A stretch of DNA of 63,996 nt, filler included, from Rhizaria sp. SCN 62-66 (lineage: Eukaryota): assembly GCA_001724265.1 (NCBI GenBank). It is 3 parts of 3 records of this genome, joined end to end, with 100 filler letters (N's around TTAATTAATTAA, not from the genome) between each part and the next. Parts side by side here need not be neighbours in the genome. Positions count along the whole stretch, not along the records: positions 49,721 to 63,996 come from MEDY01000510.1; 2 more parts are not named here. One strand, 5' to 3'. Below are positions 49,721 to 62,458 of this stretch, piece after piece. Numbering within the stretch: position 1 is the first letter of the stretch; each line of letters opens with the position of its first letter. The translations under genes were made by a program, and so were the position numbers. Below the pieces are notes generated by a model. That model was not told where the DNA came from. It did not search any database and saw only the letters and a program-made list of their open reading frames with translations.

Positions 49721-51175
49721 CCGGCTGCGGTGGTGGTCGACGGGGGCATGACGGGGAACTGGATGGGCACGGGCGTCGACACGGGCGGGATGGCCGAGTT
49801 GGTCGCGATGAACGACAGCGTACCCTGGCGCAGCGTGTGCGCGAGCTGCAGCTGCAGCAGGTGCAGCCGCTCCGTCTCGGCCTCAACCTGCGCGCGGCGC
49901 ACCACGCTGTCGTGCGACTCGACCGCAAAGCCGTCGGCGCCCGTTGCCGCGGCGGCCAGCGCAGCGGCCGCGGGCGCGCCCAGGATGCTGCCGCCGCCGC
50001 CACCGAGCTCGTCAAGAGCGAGAATGGCGGCGTCCAGGTCGTGGAAGGACGCCACGCCGCAGCGCAGCGAGCGCGGGACCAGCGGCGGCGGCGCGTGGGC
50101 CGGGTTCACCGACACCACGGACGAGCACGTGGGGCTCATGCTGCCGCCGCCGGCGCAGGGCACCGCAGTGCTGGAGTTGCTGCTCGTGGTGCTGCTCGTG
50201 GTTGCTGTGGCGGCAGCGGTAGAGGGCGCAAACGACTGCGGCAGCGTGCGCGGCAGCGGCGCCGCCAGCTGGGCACGCGCAGCGTTGCTAGCGCCGGGGG
50301 CCAGCGTCGTCGCCGACTGACCGGCGCCGACGCCCGCAGCAACAGCAGCAGAAGACTGGCTCGCCGCGCCAACAACAGCGCCGGCAGGCGCGCGGCTGTC
50401 TGAGTCGTTGGCGGGCTCAGCGCTCGCGCCAGAGGGCGCGGCCGCGGAGCCGTCGACGGCGCTGGCCGTGGCCGCGCCGCCGCCCACGCGCCGCCGGTTG
50501 CGCGCCGCGGCCGCCGCGGCAGCGCCGGACTGGCCCGCCGCGCCGACGGCGTTGCTGCTGCCCGCGGGCGACACGGCCTGCCCGGCCGCGGCCGCGGCGG
50601 CGGCGTTTGTGGGGATCGAGGCGAGCGCGACCGATGCGGCGTTGGAGGCCGCAATGGCGGCGGCGGCCGAGGCCGCGGCGGCCTGTGTCTGCGCGTTGAC
50701 CATGAGCGGCAGCAGCACTGGGTACGCGGGCACGCCCAGCGCGAGAGTCGACTCCTCGGACCGCAGCATCGCAGTGATGAGCGGGGACGGGCCGTAGAAT
50801 GCTGCAGTCGCGTGGAGAGTGCCCGCCGCGCCCGCCGCGCCCAGCCCGCCGCCAGCGCCCGCGCCGGGCCCCGCGAAGGGCGCGAAGGTGGGCGTCAGAG
50901 CCGACGACAGCGACGCGCTGGCCGCCGTGGACAAGATCGACGGCGTGCTCAGCGCCGAGAGGATCAGCGAGCCTCCCGTGATGACGCTCGCGGACAGCTG
51001 CGCCGCGCCGGCTCCCGCGGCGGCGCCCGCGCCCGCGCCCGAGGCCGAGGCCGGCGCGAGCTGCGAAGATGGGAACACGTGCCTGTAGGGCGCGGGACAC
51101 GGAGGCAGATGTGCGCTCGCGGTCAGCGTCTCGAATGTGGCCAGCGCGGCGGCGACGTCGGAGGGCGAAACACGC

Positions 51176-51210
<35 letters not shown>

Positions 51211-54200
51211 CTGCTGGTACTTGCTATTGCCGCCGTACATATTGTAGCCGCTGTTGCCACCCGAGAAGCGGTTGCTGTTGTTGTTGTAGCTGTTGTACGC
51301 GTTGTTGTTCGGGTAATAACTGTTGTTGACGCTGTTGCCGCCGCCGTTGTTGTAGTAGCTGCCGCCGCGATCTGCGCCGCCGTTATACCCGCCGCCGCCG
51401 CCGTAGTACGTGTTGCTCCCGTCGCCGCCGCCGCGCTGCGCGAGGTATGCAGTGAGCGCGGACAGGTGGCCGCCAAGCCCGCGCCGGTCGCCGCCGCTGC
51501 CTGTAGCCGCGACCGCGATGGTGTCGTAGCCAGCGGCGTGGACTCCGGCCGGCGGGGCCTGCTTGGCATCCTCGATCGACTCGAGCGTGTGCATCGACGT
51601 CTTGCTGGTGAAGACGTGTGTGTCGTAGCGCGTCCACGCGTCGAGCAGCGCGAGGTTGGCGTTGATGATCACGGGGTCGAACGACATCAGCAGCCGGACG
51701 ATGCGCGCAAACAGGCGGTGGATCGACTGGTGGTAATCGGCCGGCGCGCGGGGCGGAACCACGACGTCTGCGCCGATGACGAAGAGCGCGCAGAACGAGT
51801 GGCGCGCCTCGGACCAGTGCGACAGCGCGGCGGCGTGCTGGCCCTGCAGCATGCGCAGCTCGGCGAGGTTGAGCAGACAGCGCATCATGAGCAGCGGCAG
51901 GAACGCGCGCGTCGCCGTCTCCAGCACCGTGAGCGCCGACGACTCGAGCGTCGCGCAGAAAGTCTTGAGCGACTTGGCCGCGCACGCGTCCTCGGCGGCG
52001 CGCGCCGCCACGGGGTCGTTGGCCAGTGCGATATCCATGAGAGACAGCGGCGAGAAGGCCGTCGTGGGCGGCGGGCGGTCAGTCGCGACCTCGAAGCCCG
52101 ACAGCCGGAGCCAGGGGATGAGCGCGCGCGGCGGGTGCTGCAGCACCACGGTGGCGACGAACGCGATGTGGAGGTAGCTCTCGACGATGTTCTGCAGGCA
52201 GTTGCCCATGCCGACGTGGTCGCCAAAGGCCGCGAAGTGCTGGTATGCAAACGACAGCGCAGACACGCACGCGCGCGGGTCCGGCAAGATGAGCGTGTCG
52301 TCGCCCTCGCCGACCAACGTGGCCTGGTGCGGTGAGTGGCCCCAGTTGAACGGGAACGGGGCGTCGGCGCCCGCGCGGCCCAGACCGCCCGCGGCGCCGC
52401 CGTTGGGCCCGTTGCCGCCGCCATTGGCGCCGCCGCTGCCGCCGCTGTTGCCGCCGTCATTGCTATTCTTGCCACCGCTGCCGGCGCTGCTGCTGTTCCC
52501 GCCGCCCTTGCCGCCGGAGCCAGAAGCCGCGGCGCCGGCGACGACGCCAGAGCCGTTGCCGCCGTTGTTGCCGCCGCTGCCGCCGCCGACGCCGCCACTG
52601 CTCTGCGCAGAGCTGTTGGCGTTCGCGGTCGGCTCGAGAGACTGGCGGTACGTGTAGCCGCGCTCCATCTGCGCGTACAGCATCTCCTGCGATAACATTA
52701 GAAAGTTGCAAGGAGAAAAAATGACATAATGAAAGTGAGATAGTGTACATTAACGATATAAAAGCATACAATCTGAGTCAACTAAAGGATGAATGTGTCG
52801 CATAAGAGAGAATAGAGTTGAAAATGTCACGAACCTGGTGGATGATACCCTTGCGGAACATGAAGCGCGCGCGCAGGTGCAGCGCCGAGGGCGGGCATTG
52901 CGCCTGCGCCAAGTGCACCCAGCCGAGCGCCTGTCCGTGCGATCCCAGCATGGTGAGCGCAATGACGCGCGCCTCGAGGCCGCTGGTATTGAAGCCGCCG
53001 CCGTCGCCGCCGCCGCCGCCGCTGCCGCCCGTGCCTTCGCCGTCGCCGCTGCCGCCGATGCCGAAAAACGACCCCGCGGACCAGGTGTCGGCGGCGTCGT
53101 CGCCGTTGTTGTTGCCGGAGCTGCCGCCGGAGCCGGACGCGAGGCCCCCGAGCGAGCTGCTGTGGCTCGATCCGCGTGCGTTGGCCGCCGCGGCCGCAGC
53201 AGCAGCAGCCGCGGCGGCGGCGTCGCCGCCCGCGGCCGCCGCAGCCGCCGCAGCCACCGCGGCCGCCGCGGAGGCAGCAGCGTGGGGAAGGAGCGAGGCA
53301 ACGATCTGGCGCTCGTTTTGCGAAGCCAGCCAGCGCGCGTCCGACAGCGTGAGCAGGCGGTGCGCGCGGCGGTACAGACCGAGGCGCGCGTAGGCGAGCA
53401 CGAGCATCGAGTCGAGCGTGAGCTGCTTGGCGCGCGGGAGGGCGGCGCCCAGCTTGGCCAGGGTGATCCACGTCTGCGACGCCACGGGCGGCGCGAACGG
53501 CGCGGTCACCATGGCCTGAGGAAGGAAGAAACAGAGCAAAGCAAAGCACAAAAAGTAAACATTGTGAGACATTGTGAGATAAAACGTCAAAATAAAAAGG
53601 CAGTTGAAATCAAAGGAATGGATTCCTTTTAAAATAATACGATTGATATATGTTTAATCACGTACTTGACTGGCGACCTGTGAGGCGACGACCATTGCGC
53701 TGAGGATCGAGCTCGCGGTCGCCGCAGACGCCGAGGCAGCCGTGAGGGCCGTCGCGGCCGCGGAGGCGGCGGCGAGCCCCGCCGTGGAGCCGGTGCCAGA
53801 GCCGGTGGCCGAGCCAGAGACGCTGGCGCTGCCGGAGCCGGAGCCGGTGCCGTTGGTGGCCGCGGCGGCGGTGGCCGCGGCGGTCGCGGCGGCGACGGCG
53901 GCGGAGGCTGCGGCCGCTGCGGCGACGGCGGCGGGTGCGTTGGGGACGAGCCCTGCCGCCGTGGCCGCCGTGGGGATGGGGAATGACGGCACGACACCGA
54001 GCAGCGTGTGGATCTGCGCGATGCGGTTGGTCGGCTGGCCGCTGCCGTCGCCGGTGCCGCCCGCGCCGCCGCCCGCCGCGCCGCCGCCGCCGCCGCCGAT
54101 GACGCCGCCGCCGACCGCGCTCGCGCCCGCGCCCGCGCCGCCGAAGCCGCTGCTGTTGTTGAGGAGCGGCATGGACCGCAGCTTCATCGCCTCAAGCAGT

Positions 54201-57200
54201 GCGACGGCGTGGACGAGCTTGCCGCCCGCGATGTAGATTTTGGCCAGCTCGACGTAGAGGTTGCCCACGGCGGCCTTCATTTCCGACACGGGAACCGTGA
54301 GCAGACGCGTGACGCCAGAGCTGGGCGCCGGCAGCGCGGGCAGCGGGAAAACTGGCGCCGTGGCGGACAGCGTGAAGCGCATCCACAGTGGACTCGTCCA
54401 GCCTGCCGTGCTGAACCCCGCGGACCCGATGGAACCGTTGCCGTGCGAGGGCACTCTACCGGTCAGTTGCGGGGACATCAGCGGCGACATCGGCCCGTTG
54501 CCGCCGCCGTTGCTATTGTTGTTGGTGATGTGCGGGACGCCCGGATGCAGCAGCGGCGGCGGCGACGCCACAGCGGGAGTCGACAGCGGCCGCGCGAGCC
54601 TCTGCGCGCTAGCGCCGTCCGCCGCCGCGGGCCCGGGGCTGGCCGAGCCGGGACTGGGGCCTGGGGCCGCGGGGGCGCCGGTGGCCGAGAGAGGCGCGAT
54701 GGAGACCTGCTTGCCGGAGCCGTTGTTGTTGTTGCTGTTGTTGTTGTTGTTGTTTTTGCCCTTGTCGACCGAGGAGGCGGGGAGTTGATTCACCGCGCCA
54801 GGGCCGGTGGTCGAGCCCATGAACGACCCACGCTGCTGTTGCTGCTGCTGTGAAAGAACTCCAGGCTGCTGCTGCGTGTTGCCGCCGGCAGAGGGCGGGA
54901 TGTACACCTGGTCCCCGCCCGGTCCCACAGCCGCGCCGCCGCTCGCGGCGTCAGCGCCGGAGACGGCGGGCGTGGAGCTGGAGCTGGAACTGGAACTAGA
55001 CGACAGCGGCCGCGAGAGGCCCGTGGCGACCGACGCGACGGCCGAGGGGCCGAGCCGCAGGTCTCCGGGGGGCGCGCGCACCGCGTAGGGCGCGATCACG
55101 GTCGCGGGCCCGCTGGTGGACACGGCGCGCGACACGTTGCCGCTGTTGTTGCCGCTGTTGCCGCCGCTGCCGGCGCCATTGTTGTTGGGCGTGATGGGCG
55201 CGGGCGCGACGCCCATGGCCACGAAGGGGTCGCGGACCGTCTTGAGCAGCGCAGACCGCAGGCGCCCACGGTCATCTTCGGTAAAATACAGCGACAAGAG
55301 CGTGGTGGCGCTCGAGGCAGGCAGCGCGACCATGTTGAGCGCCTCCTGGAACGTGTTGGCGCAGTCAAACAGTGAGTTTGACTCGAGCGGCACGCCCGCA
55401 CCGGTCAGCGACAATGCCATCGGCACGGTGCCACCGCCGGAACCGGCGCCAGCGCCACCCGCAGTGTAGACGCTGGAGCCGTGGCTGAGCGCAGTGACCG
55501 TGGGCGACGCCGGGGGGTTGTTGACGTCCACCAAAGCGTTCTCATTGTTCCCCCCAGCGGCAGCCGCGGTGGCGGCGGCGGCGGCGGCGGCGGCAGCGTG
55601 AGTCGTGCTAAGCGAGGCGTAGGTGTAGTGGTCCGTGCCCGACGTCGAGGTCGTGCTGTGCGCCACCGAGTCTCTCACGGGCGTCAGCTGGCCGTTGTTG
55701 CCAAGCCCCATGTAGTTCCCCGGCGACTGCGCAACGCCGTCGGCACCGAGGTTGCCCATCTGGCCCTGCTGCAGGGCAGTGGGCGTCATCGCGCCTGCCT
55801 GTGCGACGACCACACGCTGCGCAGCCAACCACGACGCCTGCGCAACGGCCTGCACGGCGGCGTCGATGGGTTGGCGGCCGCCCTGCTGCGACGCGTGGCG
55901 TGCCTCGAGCAGCCCCTTGGCGAGCGACTGAGCCGGCACCGCGATGAACGGGAGTAGGAACGCCACAGCCGTCAGCAGATGCTCCTCGGCGCGCTGGTAG
56001 TTGCCCTGCTTGGTGTAGAGCTTGCTGAGTTCCTGCGTCACGAAAACGTACGTGTCGAGGTTGCCCTCGACGACGGCGCTCTGTAGCAGCTTGAGGTAGT
56101 ACATGGTTGCGCAGGCAATGTCGCCGTGCTGCAGACAGACCTCCGAGAGCCGCCGGTGCAGCGCCGAGTGCTCCGACGAGCGCCGGTGAGCGTAGGCCGG
56201 CAGCACAGACTCGTAGGCGCGGATCGAGAAGGCGTACTTGTTGAGTACAAGCAGCACATCGGCGAATAGCTGCAGCGTGTTGAGCCCGAGCTCAGTCAGG
56301 ATCGGGATCGCGTGCACCGGCACCCACGGCAGCGGCGCCAGCGCCTCGGTGTCCGCGCCGCCGCAGCCGCCAGGTCCGGCAGCAGCCCCACCGCCGCCGC
56401 TGTTGGTGGCCGTGGTGGTGGCGGGCGTGCTGTTGGTGGAGCCCGTGCTTGTGGTGCTCGTCGTCGACGCCATCGTGTTCGTGTTGTGCCCCGCACGCAC
56501 CGCGTTCCCCGAGGCGGTGCTGTCGCCGACGCTGACGTTGCTGCCGCCGCCGGAACCCGTGCTGGCGGCGCTCGACGAGCTCGAGTCCTTCTGCGAGTGC
56601 CGTGCAACGCCGCCGCTGCCGGGACGCACCGAGCTCGAGCTAGAGCTCACAACCGCACTCGCGGTGGACGTGGTTGTGGAGCTGGGGACGGTGCCGTTGC
56701 TCTGCACGGCCTGCGGCGGCGTCACCGACAGAGCGGCCGCCATGGCTGCCGCGTAGCCGAGCGGGTTCGGAGCTGAGGCCATGCCGTCGAGCGTGTAGAG
56801 CGCCTCCATGCACAGCCGCTCGGCGAGCAACACGTGCTCCTCGGTCGGCTTCTCGTCTTCGACGAACCACTCGTGACAGCCCAGCACGTACGCCGCCGTC
56901 GCCTTGGTGTAGCTGGTACCCACGGTCAACTTGCTGTACAGAAGCCGCAGCGCCGAGATGCGGTGCTCGGGCGGGCCGCAGAGCCGCCAGACCAGCCCCT
57001 CCAGCCCGCCGGGCGTCGCCGCGGCGGCGGCGGCAGCGGCGGCCGCGGTGGCGGTGGCGTTGGATTTGACCCCGCCGTTCTGCCCGCCGGCGAGCGGGCT
57101 CGTCGCCGCGGTCGCCGCCACGGCCGCAGCGGCCGCAGCCGTCGTCGCCGCGGCGGACACCGCGGTCGGGTTCGAGCTGCCTGTCGCGGCGCTCGCGGCG

Positions 57201-59486
57201 GCAGCGGCGGCGGCGGCCGCGGAGGCCGAGGCCGAAGACGCGGCGGCGGCGGCGGCGGCGGCGGCAGCGGCAGTCGCGGCGGCCGCGGCGTCCCAGGCGA
57301 GCTCGAGCCAACGGAACTCAGGCGCGTCGTCGTCCCACTCGGCGGCCGCACTAAGCGGCGCCGTGGTAAGCGGGGACGCCGACGTCAGGTACAGCTGCAG
57401 CCCAGTCAGCGCGCGCGCCGCGGCCTCAGTCGCGATCGCGCCGCGCGGCACGCCGTAGGCGGTGCAGTCGGCGGCGGCGGCCGCGGCGGCCGCGGCGGCG
57501 GCGGAAGCGGCAGAGGCAGCCGCGTTGCCGCTCGACGCGTTGGAGCCGTAGCTGCTGAGCTTGAATGCGTGCTGCTGTTGCTGCTGTTGAGGCGGCGCAC
57601 GGTCGCGGTCACCCGTGCTTGCAGTGTTGGCAGACTGCGTGGCGGCGGGCAAGTAGCTTGCAGCGGCCTCGGCGACCTTGGCGTAAGTGCCGCAGAGTGC
57701 GCGGAGCAGCTTGTTGGCCTGGCGACCGTCGTTGTGGGCCACGGCCTCGATCTCGAGCAGCTCGACCAACCTAGACAAAGAGCGAAGAAATGCAACGTAC
57801 GAAGATATGAATGTGAGATGCAGATAGCATAAATAAAGGATTTAAAGGATTTAAGTCAGTGGGTAGGCTCAGCATTGGGATTACAAAATAGATTCATGGT
57901 TGAAAGAAATCATCTCAAAGTTTGCGCGAGACGTACCTCGCGTAAGAAGGGAAGAGGCGCGCCTTGACAAAGACGATGATGCGGTAGAACGACGGCGCAA
58001 CACGGTGCGACCATAGCCGGCCCGCCAAGTGCAGCAAATGGTGCACAATTGTCCACGCCGCGGGGTTGTCAACGAGCGCCTGCACGCGCGGCCGCTGGAA
58101 CTGCGCCTCAAGAAACCAGAAGAGCGAGACGATGATGTTCCATGCCTCCTGGTACGACAGCACGCGGTACGCGAGCAGCGCGTGCTGCAGCGCGTAGCAC
58201 AGGTGGTCGTACAGCGCGAACGTGTCATCCGTCGACGGCGGCACGTAGGGCGGCGTCGTCTGGTACAGATCATCGATGCGAGTCTGAGGGATGCGCTTCG
58301 TGGTCAGGTCCGTCAGCCAAGCCTCTAAGTGCTTATCCCCCAGGCCGCGGAAGCCGTCGGGCGTGCGCAGCGTGAAGAGCGCGGGCGGGACAGGGTACAT
58401 CACCAGCTCGATCTGCGGCCGCACTCCCTTAGCATCGGCCTTCCCACCCTTGGCCCCGCCGCCGCCGACCCCGGCCAACCCGGCGCCCGGCGCGGCGTCG
58501 GCCTGCGCGGAGAGCCGCGAAGACCGCAAGCTGTTGCGCAACGACGATAGCAGCTGGTGCGACGGCCGCAGCATGTGCTTCGCGCGCGTCTTGAACGCAC
58601 TCGACGACAGCGGCGCGACGGCAGGACCGAAAAAAGCACCCGGCGCGGTGGACAGCGTGGCGAAGGCCGCCGCGGTCGCCGCCGCGGAGGCCGAGGACGA
58701 GGATGAAGTGAGCGGGACGGAACTGGAGCTGCCACCGGAGGCGGCATTGCTCGCGCTCGCAGTCGCGGGGCCGAAAGCGGCGTTGCTGTTGCCACTGCCA
58801 GTGGCGTTGCCGGCGGAGTTGCTGTGCGAGTGGGCGCTCGAAGCGGCGGCGCGCGCGGCGGCGGCTGCGGCGGCGAGCGCGGCGGCGTTGGCCTCGTCGT
58901 CGTCGTCGTCGTCGCTGTCCAGGCCCTGCAGCATGCGGCGGATGCTCTGCTTCTGCTGCTGCGCCGCCGTGTACACGGCCTGTGGATAAAATGCACGAAA
59001 TCGGGAACATAACACGAAAGATAAAGATTTAGAGATGTGAATTTGACTAATAATATAGTCTCAAACGCATCGTATAGGAAAGCAAAGACAATAAGTGATC
59101 ATAAAAACACGATGTGTCGACAAATAAGTGAATATATCGCTAAACATACCTGGCGCGAGGCGCGGTACGAGGCGTCAGCATCGAGCTCAGCATCCCAGTC
59201 GCTGCCGCTGCCGTCGTCGTCGCCAAAGCCGCCGTCCCCGGCGTCGTTGCCGCCGCCGACGCCGTTGGCAAACGCGAAATCCGCGTCGTCATCGTCGTCG
59301 TTGTTGTTGGCGTTGGCGCTATTGTTGCCGTAGGCCGAGGCGGCGAGGTACGCACGGGACCCGCGGCGCGGACGGCCGCCAACGATGCTGCCGCTGGTGG
59401 GGCGGCCCGTCGCGGCGGCCGCGGCGGCGGCGGCAGCGCCGTTGCCGGAGCTGGGGAGCCGCGCCATGTCCGGCCGCGACTGCTGC

Positions 59487-59524
<38 letters not shown>

Positions 59525-60898
59525 GTGCTGCTGCTGCTGGTGGCCACCGCCGCCGCGCGCGCCGCCGCCGCCGCTGCCGGTGGAGGAGGAGAACGAGGAG
59601 ACCGCGGCGACCGCGGTGACGGGCGGCGGCAGGTGTGTGTTAAGCGACTCGAGCTCTGCGAAGTCTGAGTCGGTAAGGTCGTCGCCGCTGCCCGCCGCGC
59701 CGTCGACGCCGTCGAAACACAGGTTCACGCCGTCCTCATCAGCGAAACCGCCGTCGTCGTTGTCGTCCTCGGGCTCCGCAAACCGCGCCAGCAGCGCCGC
59801 AGCGGCTGTCGTGTTGCCCGAGCTCACGCTCGACGAGCCAGCATTGGCGGAGTTCGCGTTCGTGGTGTTGTTGCTGCTGCTCGAGCTGGCGTTGTCGGGG
59901 TTGATGGCTCTGGGGACGAGCTGAGGCGACTCATCCCAGTTCAGATCGTCGTCGTCGTCGCCGTTTGCGGCGCCCGTCGCATCGCCCGCCGCTGCGCCCA
60001 CGCCGCCGCGGTTGGCGTTGAGCGGCGACGCGCCCGCGAACGAGTCGTCGAGACTGCCGACGAAGGCCACAGTGCCGGAGCCTGGGCCCGCGGCGGGCGC
60101 GGCCGCGGGCGTCGCGGGCGTCGCGGCCGCGTTGGCGGCGGCCGCGGCCGACGCGGCGGCGATGGCGGCCGTCGCGGGCGATAGAACCGCTCTCCCGTTG
60201 TTGTTGAGGTTGTTGGCGAGGGACTGGATGGGGACGTCGTCGTCGTCATCGTCGTCAAAGTCGTTCAGCTCGTCCAGAAACAGTCCCGCGCCAGCGCCGG
60301 CGCCGAGCGCGCTGCCAGCGCCGGACGCGGCAGTGCTTGACTTGCCTCCCAGCCGGTCCTTAGTTGCGGCAGCAGCAGCGCCGGCAGCGGCAGCGCCACT
60401 GACGGCTGTCGCGAGACCGGCGTTTGAGGTGCTAGTGCTGAACTTGCTCTCGGCGTTGGCGAGCATGTCGGTGGGGTTAGAGTCGAGGTCGAAGTCGTCG
60501 TCCCAGGCCTCCTTGTCAAACGGGTCCGCAGCGCGGCCGACGATCTTAAGGAGCCCGCCCGCGCCGGGGCCCGAGCCGTCGTCGGGCGGGCTGGAGGCCA
60601 GCAGTGCGCCCGCGGAAGTGGAGCCCGCGCCGGAGATGTCGAGCGCGTCGGGGGCCGTGCCCGAGCCCGAGGCGGAGTGGGCGCCGGCGTGGGGGCGGTC
60701 GGGGGAGCCCAGAACGGCGTCGCCGCTGTCGCTGTCGGCCGTGCTGGGGAGCGCGAGGTCGAGGTCGGACCCCGTGTTGGAGCGTGAAAGAGGCGGAGAA
60801 GACGCGGAGAGGGCGTCAATGGGAGGGAGACCGGGCGCGAGGGGAAGATCAGGGACGGAGAGGTCCGCTGGCGCCCGGGCGGGGGTCTCGGAAGACAT
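49721..60898 (-). CDS. Giant (>3500 aa) TPR-like helical-repeat protein with extensive Ala/Gly/Ser/Gln low complexity; 3' end cut by contig end
   Basis: Exons 60898-59150, 58979-57937, 57770-53666, 53515-52835 and 52686-<49721, joined in frame by GT-AG introns. TPR-like segments include ELSKLYTKQGNYQRAEEHLLTA, LYVELAKIYIAGGKLVHAVALL and CLLNLAELRMLQGQHAAALSHW. Confidence 0.75.
59481..59539 (-). repeat. (CAG)n poly-glutamine microsatellite in coding sequence
   Basis: (TGC)n run on the + strand; similar tracts near 15903-15967 and 51175-51216. Confidence 0.85.
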
Positions 60899-62458
60899 CT
60901 GGCACGGCGGGTGCCTCGATGCAAGGTTGAATGGGCTGGGTGATAAAAAGAACCGGGGAGAGCCGAAAGGTACCTGTATCGAAGCATAAAAGATATATTT
61001 GAATGAGATTGTGTGAGAAATTGTGTGCGTTTAAAGTTGGGACCTACAGCACGACTAGATAATCCTCTATGTGGCGCGTGTTTTAAAGCATCCTATCTCT
61101 TTGACTTGTCGACTGGGGGGGGGTGGCAGTGACCGTGAGCAGCTGGTCAGTCAGGCCAGACATCAATTCGAAGTTTAAGGAAGCGCAGCTTGTCAGCACT
61201 GTAATAGTATTGTCTTTGTCAATGCCATCGATAACGCGCTTTGGGGAGTTAATATTGCTTGCGAAAACACAATTGTATGCTTCTGTGTTGTTGTCATCCA
61301 GACACCTCTGCGTCAACTTGTTCTTCTTGACAGTCTTGAACAGTTACGCCCGAGTGCGCACTTCCCCCTATCCGGGCGTGCGTGTGAGTTCGTGTTTCAC
61401 AATGAGTGTCAGTAGTGTCAATGCTAGCTGTGCTGCAGCTGGAATTGGTCCTAAACTCTTGCGTGGTGTGTACGTGGTGTTTAGTAGTGTGCGCAGTGGG
61501 TCGGCAATAATATAATAATCAGCTCAACTTCACGTTCAGACCCTGACAGCAAGACTTTGTCGGTGGCATCAACGTGTGATAGGATCACGCCACTAGTTTA
61601 ATATATAGCCCGTGCGTTGGTGTTGTGACTGATGATCACCAAAAAAGATGGCTTCGAATCACGGAGAGCCAGTACTAGTATCAACAAAAAGCATGCGAAG
61701 TTCTTGACCACACAACGGTAGTGTCATGTAGCGTCAACTGTGTGCGTTGTCACACTCGAAACTCCTTGTATGTCGGATCCAACATTTTGGTGAAGTCCCG
61801 CAGTGCTAAACCAGCTTCAAATTCGTCCAAGTTTTATATAATCCGCCATTGCGCTAGGTACAAGGTTCATGACCTGTTCGAGTTAGGGAATCCCAGTCCA
61901 GGTGAACAAGGTCGATTTGTAAATATTGAGTGATGATTATATCATGAATTGCACCAAAGTGGCACCAATTCCATCTGTTTGTTCCGGAGAGTTCCAGAAC
62001 TCTTGAAACTGCTCACCAGTCAGTTAGGCTGTAAATGACAACTATGCCCGCCAGGGTCATTTTTTCGGCAATTTGAGGCACACTTCCCTTTACTCTTGCT
62101 CATGCGGTCCTCGCCACCATTGCAGAATCAGCAGAAGCAGCGACAGGGTCCCTGCTACTGCAGCTGCGCGAGCGCGAACTTACTGCGAGTATTGCGAAAG
62201 AAGACTCACAGCTTGCACAAGCTGGTGGATAGACAATAATCTCTCACGAGAATTACAAAAATATGTAGTACGTGTACGTAAATTTATTTCCTTCATCGAA
62301 GCGCATGAATATTAATATGTCGTAGCTTGTGAGCACTTAATGTCCTCACCTCGACCTCGGGCGTGTCTCGCCCTTTCTCCCCCCATCACATATCAGTTCT
62401 GACTCGGTTGTCATTGTGTTCACTTCGCTCTTGCTCTTTCTGTTGTTGCGCGTGAGAG

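Noticed and set aside
61083-61530. Coding-like minus-strand frame with TAG (61368) and TAA (61344)
   Set aside because: Contains TAA as well, has no recognisable family and upstream frames are broken. Probably decayed sequence; not counted as code evidence, but it shows that pseudogene-like DNA exists here.
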